Shown in pieces: positions 16,401-28,400 of a DNA stretch of 64,000 nucleotides. Below the pieces are notes generated by a model, which saw only the letters and a list, made by a program, of their open reading frames with translations, searched no databases and had not been told where the DNA came from. This DNA is from an uncultured Gemmataceae bacterium (lineage in GTDB: Bacteria > Planctomycetota > Planctomycetia > Gemmatales > Gemmataceae): assembly GCA_963750165.1 (NCBI GenBank), contig CAVVPN010000003.1, positions 1,664,001 through 1,728,000 of the forward strand. The letters run 5' to 3'. Position 1 is the stretch's first letter. Every line of letters starts with the position of its first letter. The position numbers were made by a program, and so were the translations under genes.

Positions 16401-19400
16401 TCAACCGCCCAGCCCGATCACCCGCCGCTCGTCCCGTTCGTCGCGTGCCAGCGTCGCCAGGCCGGCGGCCAGCAGCGCGCCCGCCATCAGGTCGGCAACA
16501 GTCGCGTCCTCCTCGGTCAGCCAGTTTGCCAGGGCCTGTCCGTGCAGGTCGATGGCGGTTCGGGCGGCGGACGCTGGGGCCTCCTGGGGTGTCGGGATCA
16601 GTTCCGACGGCCCCAGGACACTCGGGGAGCCGTCCGCCGCACGGCCCACGGCCGGGACGAACCGCAGACGCGACGGCACGGGCTGGAGGGTGACCGCCGG
16701 GCCCGATTCCCACGGGAGAGCCGCCGCGGACTCGGAGCCGTTCGGCAACGGCACGCCGGCCAGCGCCGCCGGGGTGTAGGTGCCTTCCCACAACGCGGGC
16801 ATCGGAGCGGGGGGCGGCCCCAGCGGCGCCGGAGCGGACGCGGCCACGCTGTTGCCGTTCGACACCGCCGGCAGGGTGAACACCTGCGGGATGAACGCCT
16901 GCGGGATGGCCGTCTGTGGGGTAACCGTCTGCGGGGCGACCGTTGGCGGCGTGTCCACCGGGAGCGTGCCGCCGTCATCCGCCACCACGAATTCCAGCGT
17001 CATGGGATCCCAGCTGCCGCTGGACTCCGACGGTAGCGGCGCCGAGGACAGGCCGAAGACACTGCGCAGGTAGGCGTCCGAACTGTACGCCCCGCCACCC
17101 TCGCGCGGTAGCACCGCGGTGGAGAAGACGCCAGGGCCGTTGATCTGCGTGCCGAACCCGGCGGACCCCATCAGGTCCGTCGTGCCGTTCAACGCGGTCA
17201 CGTCCCACAGGCCGAAGGTGTGGCCGGCTTCGTGACTGATGGCATTGGCAATCTGCTGCGCATACTGGTCGGCGGTCTCGCCCAGGAAGCTTTCGGCCTG
17301 GCCGACCGCCGCCGCGAACACGAAGCCGATGTCCGTGTACTGGTTGCCCGGATCGACCGGCGCCCCGCCCGCGGTCAGGCTCACCGAGCCCGTGTTGAAG
17401 ACCGGGTTGGTGCCCACCAGCCAGGAACCATCGCCACCCACGTAAATCACCGTGTCGCCCGTGTGGAAGAGTGGGTCGTCCTGCCAATCGTCGTCGCGCA
17501 ACACCTGCACGGGGTACGCCGCAAACTCCGCCCGCACCTCGGTCACGATCTGCTCGATCTGCGTCTCGCGATCAACCCCGCCGAAGGCGACGTAGGCCGG
17601 GTGGGTCACCCCGGTCGCTGCCGGCACCTGCTCCACAGCCGCCGGCGCCGGCAGCGTGCCGCCGGCGAAGTCCAGGAAAATATGCGTCTGTGGCGGGGCG
17701 GGAGCAGGCGGCAGCACGCCCAGAACCTGGCTCTCGAACGTGTAGCGGACGTTGTTCGGGTTGTACAGCGAGAAGCTCCGGGCGGTGGTGGTCTCTCCCG
17801 GGTTCAGGATGCCATCGCCACCGGCCAGGGCGGTCAGGTCGAAGTACGGCGCGCCGCTCGGCAGGGTGCCGGTCGGCTGCAGGACGCTCACGGTTGAGGG
17901 TGACAGGTTGAGCCAGGACAGCCAGATCGGCCCCTGAATCGGCGTGGAGGTGTTGTTCGTCACCGTCCCGTAGAACGAAGTGTTGTGCGTGCTGCGGTTG
18001 TACTGCGTGCCGTAATAGGTGATGGTCAGCATGGACGTGACGTCCACCTGGCCGATGATGGGCAGGACATCAATGACGAAACTGCGCGTCAGCGACAGGC
18101 CGCCCTGGTCGGTGACGCGGACGTCGAGGACCAGCGTGGCCGCGTTCGCGTACAGCACCGACATGCCGAGGTTCAACTCCAGGACATTGTTCACGACCGT
18201 GAAGCGCGCGTCGTTGACCACCGAGTAAGTGAGGGTGTCGCCCACGTCCGGGTCGGTGCCCGTCAGGGTGCCGACCACAGCCCCGGCGTCCTGTTCGGGC
18301 ACGGTGTTATTGCTCAGGGTCAGGTCCGAGGGCGGGTGGTTGACGTGCAGGACCGTGATGGTGAAGTTGTCTGTCACGGATAGGGCGCCCTGGTCGGTGG
18401 CGGTGATGGCCAGCGGCACCGTCGGCTCGGTCTCGTGACTGAGGCTGACACCGCTGGCGAGTTCGAGGACGCTGCCGACCACCTGGAAGCGCGGATCGGA
18501 AACCGTGAAGGTGTGGGTGTCGCCCACGTCGGGGTCGGTCACGGTCAGGTTACCAATGACGGCGCCCGGCGCGTCCTCCAGCACCGTCGTGTTGTCCAGT
18601 GTCACATTCGTCGGCGCGTGGTTGACGTGCAGGACCGTGATGGTGAAGTTGTCTGTCACGGACAGGCCGCCCTGGTCGGTGGCGGTGATGGCCAGCGGCA
18701 CCGTTGGCTCGGTCTCGTGACTGAGGCTGACACCGCTGGCGAGTTCGAGAACGTTGCCGACCACCTGGAAGCGCGGGTCGGAAACCGTGAAGGTGTGGGT
18801 GTCGCCCACGTCGGGGTCAGTCACGGTCAGGTTGCCGATGACCGCGCCGGATGGTCCTCCAGCACCGTCGTGTTGTCCAGCGTCACATTCGTGGGCGCGT
18901 GGTTGATGTGCAGGACCGTGATGATGAAGTTGCGCGTCACGGACAGGCCGCCGGCGTCACTGGCGGTGATGGTCAGCGGCACCGTTGGCTCGGTCTCGTG
19001 ACTGAGGCTGACGCCGCTGGCCAACTCAAGGACGTTGCCGACCACCTGGAAGCGCGGATCGGAGACCGTGAAGGTTGGCGTGTAGCCCATGTCGGGGTTG
19101 ATGACGGTCAGGTTGCCGATGACGGCGCCCGGATGGTCCTCCAGCACCGTCGCGTTGTCCAGTGTCAGGTCGCTCTGTCCCAGACTGACCACGGTGATAG
19201 TCACCATGCCCGGCTGGCTGAGCAGCTGACCGTCGCTGGCCTGGTAGGTGAAGCTGTCCGTACCGCTGAAGCCCGGGTTGGGCGTGTACAGGAACGAGCC
19301 GTCGGCGTTCAGGGTGACGGTGCCGTGCGCCGGCTGAGTGGCGATCTGGGCGGTGAGGGGGTCGTCCTCGGTGTCGGTGTCGTTGGCCAGCACGCCGTTG

Positions 19401-22400
19401 GCGGCGCTCACCTGGAGCGGTTGGTCCTGGCCCGTCGTGTAGCTGTCGGGGTTGGCGAAGGGGGCGTGGTCACCGTCGGGGCCGAGCAGCTGGACGTTGG
19501 CAATGCTCACCGAACTGGCGACGGCGTCGAAGCCGAGCAGTTCCAGGTCCAGCGTCGCCTGGCTGCCGATGGCCAGGCCGGCCAGGCTCACGGTCACGAC
19601 CAGCGGCGTGCCCGGGGTGGCCGTCTGGCCGGAGGTGGCCAGGCCGTCCACGGTGACCTGTGGGCCGAAGAAGGTTTGGCCGGAGGTCTGCACGTTGAAG
19701 AAGGCGTCAGTCTGGGTCAGTCCGGTGGCGGCGCCGACCAGGGTCGTGTTGGTGGTCGGGTTGAGCAGCGCCGCCTCGAAGGCGTCGGGCGGAGCCAGCG
19801 GGCCGTTCGAGCTGAAGTTGGTGGTGACGGTGAAGCGCAGGGCGGTGGCGCCTTCGGGAACGCTGAACGTCTGGGTGAGGCTGGTGAAGACGTTCGGGTT
19901 TTCGCTGAGCACGGCCTGGGCGTTGCTGTTGACCGCGACCGTTCCCTGCGTGGTCCAGCCGAACTGCGAATCGGCGGGGTTGGCGTCGGAGAAATCGCCG
20001 TTGACCAGGTCGTCGCCGGACCAACCGCCTTGCCGCGCGGGTGCGGTGCCGATGCCGAGGAGGCTCGGGACCAGGTTGCTGGTGACGCTGGCGTCCTGGC
20101 GCACGGTGTTGAGGATCTGCACGTCCAGCGGCGAGGGTAAACGGCGGACGCCCGGCTCCAGGGTGAGGCTCATCAGGTCATCGGGATACAGGGACGGGTC
20201 GAGGTCGTCCGCCTGTGGGGCTGCCAGGTTGGCGGAGTAGCCCTTGCCGACGAACATCATGGAGCCGGCGACAATGCCGACGTGGGCGGCGTAGCCGGGA
20301 ATCTGCGGGTCGATGCCGAGCACGTGGCCGACCTCGTGCAGCAGGACGGTGTCCAGGTCGTACTTGCCCGCGGCGGGCGAGCCGGGGAGTGCCTGGAAGG
20401 CGTCGGGGCTGAGCTGCCGGCTAAACGCGGAGTTGTCCAGCGGCGTGGGATCGACGTACCAGCCAACGCCCGCGGCGTCCGGGCTCAGGGTGATGGTGGC
20501 GGCCGTGGGCAGGCCGTCCGGGCCGAGCCCGTCAATGCGAGTCTCGCCCAGTTCGCCTGCAGGCAGTTCCGCAAACGTAACGTTGAACTGAGCGTTGGCG
20601 AGGCCGCCGCTTGGTATGTTCCAGGCCGCCAGGGCTGCGTTCAGGCTGAACGTCTGGAGGCTGTCCAACGATGGATCTTCACCCTGCAAACCGATTGCTG
20701 TGCCCAATTGAGGCGCCGGAGGCGGGACAGGGTACGCGGTGATCAAATTCCCTCGGGCGTCGGTGTAAATCTGGATCCAACTGGTTTGCTGCCCGCCATG
20801 CTTCAAGGAAGTCAATCCGACAATTTGTTGGGTGTCCACGAGGCGGCTGTAAGACGGATTGAGTGCTCCTCCTCCCTGCTGGACCGCCCGCACAGGGGAC
20901 TGAACCACCCCTCTGCTGGTGAGAACTTGTTCGAGTTGACCGACCGAGATGGTGAAGGTCGAGTCATGTTGCGTCGGGGCGGGCCGGAAGTGATTCTGCA
21001 CAAGGTGCACCAGGCCAGCCGTGGTGGATCTGCCATTCCCCGCCCCCTTGGGCGAAAAGCGGGTGGCGAAGTTGGGGACGTTGATGCGGTTTCGTACCAC
21101 GCCAGGAATCGGGGGTTGACTTCCACTCCCGCTTCCCCCGCCGGGATTGCCACCACCGGTCGAGCCACCACCGCCGCTACCGCCTGTGCCTGGTGGACCC
21201 GATGTCGAGTTGCCGTTGGCGGCGTTGGCCCGGCGAGAGGCCGCAATCCCAGCGGCACCGAGCGGGGCAAACGTTTCAACCATGCCACCGATGCCGGCGA
21301 CGCCCATGCGAATTTGCGGATCATCCGTGAACAACCCGGAAACCTGATATCCGAGACTTGAGCCGATCGTTTTATTGACATCGACGGCCGCGTTCACTCC
21401 GTTCTCCAATTGCTGCTGCGCGTAATTCTCTTGCGTGGTGGTCTGGCCATTGCCGCCCATGACCTGAAGACTACCCTGGTTCTGCAGCGGCGTCATGTGA
21501 CAGTTGGGGTCATCGCGCTTACACGAGGTGACCACGTCAATACCGGCCTCAATCCGCCAGTATTGCGCCTGCTGTTCCTGGATTTTCCTCTGCTGGGCCG
21601 CGAGGGCGTCCTGGACCCTGGGGTCGTAGTACCAGAAGGAACTGCTGAAATCGACCTCCTTCAGCAGCTTTTGCAAGGTTTCAGGGGGCAGTTGTTTCAA
21701 CTGATTGACTGGGTCGAACGGCGAAGCGCTCGCGCCGACATCACTCACGGTAGCCCCCCACTCGCCGGGCCGGTAGGACTTGTCGTGCACGGTCAGGCCG
21801 TCGGTCCCGGTGTCCGTCTTCGACTCCTTGACGACGCCGCTCTTCCGCGGCGGTCCGTGGACAGTCACCTCCTCCGGCACATCGTCCGCCGGAGTGTTCG
21901 TGTTAGTGGCTGGCGGCGTTGCCGGGGTTCCCAGGATGCAGCCGCCGGGGCCGCAGATGGCACTCGACGGGGATACCGTCGGCAAGTTGGGCGGAGGCGG
22001 GGGCGGGGGGGGCGGCCCTTGCGCCGCGGGCGCCTGCTGCTCTCCCGTCGGGTCGGTGTAACTCAGCGGGTTCGCCGAGACGTACAGGTAGCGGTTGAGG
22101 GTGATCGGGGCAGTCTCCGCCCCGAGGAAATCGTCCTGGGTGATGAACGACCCGACGGACGGGTCGTAGTACCGCGCCCCGAAATAGTCCAGCCCCGTCC
22201 CCGGGTCGGCGCGTTGGCCGGTGAACTGCACTGGGTTGTTCGACGCGCCGTAGGACGCCAGCACGTTGCCCCAGGGGTCGTACTGGAAGCCCTGGATCAC
22301 GCCTGCGGGGCCGTACAACTCCGAGGTGCTGCCCAGCGCGTCCACGAAGTAAAACTGTTCGACGGGGACCGAGCCGCCGGAGAGCGGGCTCAGCATCGAC

Positions 22401-25400
22401 ACGAGTTGCACGCCGTAGTTGTACTGAATCTGTGTCTGGCCGCTGCCGCTGTATTCGAGCAGCAGGCCGGACGGCCCATACAGATAACGCGTCTCCCCCG
22501 TGGAGTCGATCAGTTTGACCCGCATCCCGGTGTAGTCGTAGTCGAACGTGACCGGGTTGCCGGAAGCGTCCGTGGTCTGCGTCAGCTCGTCCAGCACGTT
22601 GTAGGTGTACGCCGTGGTGCTCGTCGTGCTGACAACGGTCACGACCGGGTTGCCGTTGCCGTTAATCGTGGTGTTGACCTGGCCGACGATCTTGCCGGTG
22701 CGGTTGCCGTTGAGGTCGTACGTGTAGGCGATGCTCTGCGTGGGGGCCATGTAGTCGGTGACGCTCGCCAGTTCGTTGAGCCGGTCGTAGGCGTAGCTCA
22801 GGTCCACCGCCTGGGACGGGTTCGCCGGGTCGGTGCCCGTTTCGCTCTTGCGGTTGCCGTCGTTGTCATATGTGTAGTGCAGTGCCGCCCCGTTGGCATA
22901 AAAGACGTCGGTCAGCCGGTCGAGATGGTCGTAGGAGTATGACGTTGTCTGCGGCGCGCCGCCGTTCAGCCACTGGTGGGACTCGGTCTGCGACGTGCGG
23001 TCGCTGTCGGCGTCGTAGACGTAGGTGAAGCTAGAAATGACAACCGGGCTCGGGCTCGTGGTGTGATTGACCAGCTGGACCAACCGGCCCGCGGGGTCGT
23101 AGCCGCTGTCGGCGGCGGTCCCGTCCGGGTACGCCACCGTGGCGACCAGGCTGTCCTTGTAGTAGGTGTAGGTCGTCGTGCCGGCGCCCGTGTAGACGTG
23201 CCAGATGCGGTTACGGGCGTCGTAGTCGTAGGTGGTCGTGCCGGCGCCCGGGGGCGGTGTCATGGGCGGCAGCGGCTGGTTCGGGCCGGGGTCCTCCACG
23301 CTCTTGAGGTTGCCCTGCGCGTCGTAGGTGTACCTCACGTGGGTGTAGACGTCGTTGGGTCCCAGGTTGTCGTCCCGGGTCTGTTCGGTCACGCGGTCCA
23401 GGGCGTCGTAGACGTAGACGTGCTGCTCGTAGATCGGCGTGGCGGCGTTCCCGTCCGCCCCGGCCTTGGTTTCGTTGACCTGCACGATGTTGTCGTCCGC
23501 GTCGTACTGGTAGACGATGGCCGACGGTTGGAACGGGACGTTCGGGCTGGCGAATTGCGAGTACGCTACCGTCAACAGCCGGTCCCGGTAGTCGTACGTC
23601 ATCGCCGTGACCTGGTTCTTGGGGTCCGTCACCAGCGTCTGGTTGCCGTTGGCGTCGTAGCCGTAATGCCAGTGAATCGCCACGCTCGTCGGGGGGGTGC
23701 CGGGGTACGGCGCGTACGGCGCGGGCCGCGCCGGCGTGGGGCTCAGGGTGCCGGGGGTCAGGTACTGCAAGGTATCCGTGAGCCGGTTCAGCGCGTCGTA
23801 GTAGAACGTGACCAGGTTGCCGTTGGCGTCCTGCTGGGCGATCTTGTTGCGGTTGCCGTCGTAGCGGTAGTAGGTGATGCCTCCGCCGCTCTGCGTCTCG
23901 TTCACGGACAGGAGCGAGCCCAGTTCGTCGTAGGTGTAGGAGGTCGTGTACCCCCGGGGGTCCTTCATGCTGAGGACGTCGTTGTTGGCGTCGTAGGTGT
24001 AAAAGGTCGTGTTGCCCGCGCCGTCGGTCTCGGTCATCATCCGGTGCAGCACGTCGTAGGTGTAGTAGGCGTCGAAATACCCGGCCCGGGGCGGGTTGCT
24101 GGCGTCGGTCGGGAACGACTGCGACGGCCCGGCGTGGGCGCGCGGGCCCTGCACCGACACCAGGTCGCCGACTGAGTCGTACGTGTAGGTGGTCGTGCCG
24201 GCCACGCTGGGGTCGTTGGCCCCCTCCGTCATGCTGATCTTGCGGTTCGCCCCGTCGTAGGCGTAGGTCGTCTCGTTATTGTCGGCGTCGAAGGACGCGG
24301 TCACGTTGTCGTCGCCGTCGTACTGCATCCGCTCCAGCGTCACCGTGCTGGTGCCGTAGCCGGACGACAGTTCGCTGTTCTGCACGCTCAGCGAAATCTC
24401 CCGGCCCAGCGAGTCGTTCTGGTGGATGGTGAGGATCGGCGCGCCGTTCACGATCCGCGGCCCCACGTCAATCACCTGGTTCTGGGCGTCGTGGTACTCC
24501 TCCAGGGTCGTGGTGATTGCGCCGCCGGTGGTGCCGTCCTCGTCAGTTTCGATCAGGCGGTTGTCGGCGTCGTACTGGTACAGGGTCACGTTGTGGTTCG
24601 CGTCGGTCTGGCTGCGCAGGTTGACGCCGTCGTAGACGGAAACGATGGTGGGGTGCACGAACGTCGTCGCTTGCGTGCCGGGGTCGGTAACGGGGACGCC
24701 GGGTTCCGTCACCAGCACCGGCCGGCCCACCGCGTCGAACTGCGTGACCGTGGCGTTGCCGTCGGCGTCCGTCGTGGTGACCTGGTTGGCGGGGTCGTTG
24801 TAGCTGGTGGCCGACAGCGTGAGCTGCTGGCCGCCGTTGCTGAACTGCTCGTACAGCGTCTGGTTGAGCACACGGTTCAGGTTGTCGTAGGTGGTCGTGG
24901 TAACGGTACCGCGCTTGTCCACTTGTTTGACCACGTCGTCGTTGCCGTTGTAGAAGACCGCCTCCGCCGGATTCAATTCGTCCTTGGACGTGAGCATCCG
25001 GCCCAGGCCGTCGTAGGTGTTGACGACGAAGGTGCCGGACGGGTCCGTGATCTTGACGGCGTCACCGTCCTGGTCGTACTGGGTGGTGGTGGTGAGGCCC
25101 AGGCCGCCGACGTCCACGGTGGCGCTGTGGACGCGGTCCAGGCCGTCCAGCACCGTCTCGGTCTTGCCCGAGACGTGCTCGGGGTCGGCCGAGTTGCCGC
25201 GCGGGTCGGTCACGATGACGGTGTTCTGGGCGTCGAGGCTGTAGTCGTAGGTCGTCACGTAGGTCACTTGCTGGGCGCCGCCGGTCGGGTCGCCGAGGTA
25301 CACGGTCTCATCCACTTCCCCGGGTCGATCCAGACCGTCGATCTTGGCCGACGGGGTGGTGATCGTGAGAGTGGTCACCTTGGCGCCGGTCGGGTTCGAC

Positions 25401-28400
25401 TCGTCCAGGGGGCTCTTGTGCGTCTCCAGGATGACGTTGCCGTTGGGGTCGTACTGGTAATCGACCTCGTTGCCCACCGGGTCGGTCTGGGTCAGCAGTC
25501 GGTTGGCGGCGTCGTAGGTGTACTTCGTGACGTGGTCGTCGGCGTCGCTCTGGCTGAGCGTGTTGCCGACCCGGTCGTAGGTCGTCAACTGGTCCGGCGG
25601 CACGGTGACGTACGAGCCGGACAGCGGCAGGTGCACGTCCGTCACGCGGAACAACCAGTCGTACTTGTACGTCGTGGTGTTGCTGTGCAGGTCGGTCTCG
25701 TACTGCTTGTTGCCGACCAGGTCGTAGTGGGCCTGCATGGTCGGTTCGTTGGTCGGGATCGACGGGCCGCCCACGATCACGGTTTCGATCAATCGGTTCA
25801 GGTCGTCGTAGGTGAATTGCTGGTGGATCGGCGCGCTGCCCGGGCCGTCGCGCAGGTCGTACTGGTCGGTGACGTTGTCGTCCTCGTCGTACCTGTACGT
25901 GGTGGAGATGGTGGTGGTCGAATTGTCCGCCTGGAGCACGCCCGGCTCGGTCTGCGTGATCAGGCGGTTGGCGGCGTCGTAGGCGTAATCGGTGACCTGG
26001 CCCATGCCGTTGATCGTCGCGCTGACCTGGCCGCCGGGCAGGTAGAAGGTGATCGTCTCCTCCGCCCACGCCCGGCCGGCGTCCGGGCCGGTCAGCGGGT
26101 GCAGCCCGTCCTGCGGCAGCACGAAGTTGTAAGCCTGGGCGTTCTGGTCGTCGAAATGGACCTCGCGCACCTCGCGGTCCAGGCCGTCGTACGCGTAATC
26201 GACGTGGTGGCCGAATGTGTCCTTCGTCGAGGTGAGCCGGCTGCGGGCGTCGAACGTCTGCGTCGTGGTGATCCCCTGGCTGCCCGAGGTCTGGGCGAAG
26301 GTCTGGGTGGCGTTGCCGTAGGCGTCGTACTGGTACGTGGTCACGAAGCCCTTGGGGTCGGTCTCCTGCGTCAGGTCGCCGGGGCCGACGCCGTTGGCGT
26401 AGGTCGTGCCGGTGTAATATGCGTACTTCGTCACGTCGCCGACGGCGTCGATGGTGGCCAGCAGGTTGCCGTTCAGGTGACCGGGGGTGGGCACGGAGGC
26501 GCCGCCCTGCAACGCCGGCAGCGCTGGCGGCGGGCCGCCCGTGCCGTCGGTCAGGCCGAACGCGGTGTCGTCGTAGACGTAGAAGGTGGTGTGGCCTTCG
26601 CCGTCGGTCGCGCTGGTCTTCTGGCTGAACAGCGGGTCGTAGGTGTAGGAGGTGGTCACGCTGCTCACCTGCCCCCCGGCGGCGGTGTAGACCGGGTCGT
26701 AGATCGACCCGGTGGGGGCGTGGATCGTCTGCGAAATCACGTTGCCGAGCACGTCGTACTTGTAATCGGTCTCCCGGAGTGTCGGGTCCGTCATGGACAC
26801 CAGTTCCACGTCGAGCTTGCCGTCCGCGCGGACGGGCACGGCGGCGGCGTTGGGCTGGTCCATGTTCCAGACCATGGTCGTCTTGGCGGCGCCCGCGTTG
26901 CCGTCCCCGTCCGGGGCGTCGATCTCAATGGCGGCCCCGTAGCTGTCGAGCACGTAGGTGGTCGCCGGGATGCCGGGTCGCGGGTCGGTCACCATGCGTG
27001 TGTTGGCCGTGCTCGATTGCACGCTGAAGTTGTAGCTGAACTGCGTCACGGAAATCCCGGAGCCGCCGGTGGCCGTGGAGGCACCGCCTGGCTCGTCCAC
27101 TTCCTTGACGACCTCGTAGAACGGCACGCCGAAGAAGGGGTTCAGGTTACTGTCCACGTACGAGGCGAACTGGTGGCCGTCGATCAGCGGGTTGCCGCTG
27201 CTGGTGCCGTCGAGGTGGTCGCTCACCTGGAAGTAGGTGTAGGTGGTCGTGTGGTCCTTGTAGTCCGGCGCCAGGCTGCCGTCCGCGTTGAAGCCGTTCG
27301 GCTCGATGTAACTGGTCAGGTTGTGGCCGGTGGGGCCGTTGCCGGGCGTGTAGGTGTAGGCCTGTTTCTGCAGGATCGGGCCGCCCTTGCCGTCCCGGCG
27401 CACCACGCTGGTGAGGTTGCCGGCCACCTCCGGCGGCGGGTCGGTCGGCGCCGCCCCGGGCGGCGGCTCGTCGTAGTTGTACTGAATGTCCAGGCCGCCC
27501 AGGGTGCCGTCGTCGGACGGGTCGGGGTCGTACCCCGTGATCTCCGTGATGCGGTAGGCGTTGTAAATGTACTGGTAGCTGAACAGGAGCGCCCGGCCCG
27601 ACGAGTCCGTCACCGCCTTCACCAGGGTGAGGTCCTGGTTGGCGGCGAAGGCGTCCTGGAAGGGCTGCGCCAGACTGCTGGCGCCGAGGTCGTCCTTGCT
27701 GTAGTACAGGGTGATCTTGTTGCCGTTGGCGTCCTCGATGTAGGCGAGCTGGTACACGGTGGTGCCGTCGTTGACGTCGGCCGGCAGCTGGAGCGGGCGC
27801 AGCACGAAGTGGTAGCGGACGTCCGCCGTGGTGAAGAAGTCGAAACTCGCCTGCCCCGCGACCACGTCCCGGGCCAGTGAGGAGTGGTAGCCGACCTGCG
27901 GGTAGAAGAACTGGGCGCCGGCCGGCAGTCCGTACTGCTGGGCGCGGGCGGCGTTCACGGCGGTCAGCACCGGGTCCAGGGCGCCGACGGTCGTGAAGGT
28001 GTTGCCGCTGCCGTCGCCGCCGACGATGGTGTACTTGCCGCTGCCGTTGTCCACCAGGGTAACGTTGTAGTTGTCGGTCCAGCCGGCACCGAGCGGCCCG
28101 GGGCTGGTGTCGCCAGAACTGGAGTAGCTGCGCGTGAAGGTCAGGTCCAGGCCGCGGCCGGGGACGGTGACGTCCGTGCTGGACATGGTCAGATGGCCGT
28201 CCCAGATGTCCACGCCCTTGACGATGGTGTGCGCGATGGGGTAGGACTGGTCCTCCTCCACGTCATGGTCAAGCTCGGCGGTCTGCGTGGCCGCGGCGTT
28301 GGTGTCGGTGACCGCGGTGACGGTGAGCGTGTAACTGCCTGGCTGGGACACGGCCGGGACGTTGGACAGGTCCGTGGTGTAGATGCCCGGGTCCAGCTGG

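Noticed and set aside
13417..21095. Functional link between tsf and the toxin-like domain (some CDI tRNases need EF-Tu/EF-Ts)
   Set aside because: rpsB-tsf is a standard operon with its own promoter, so proximity alone is not evidence.
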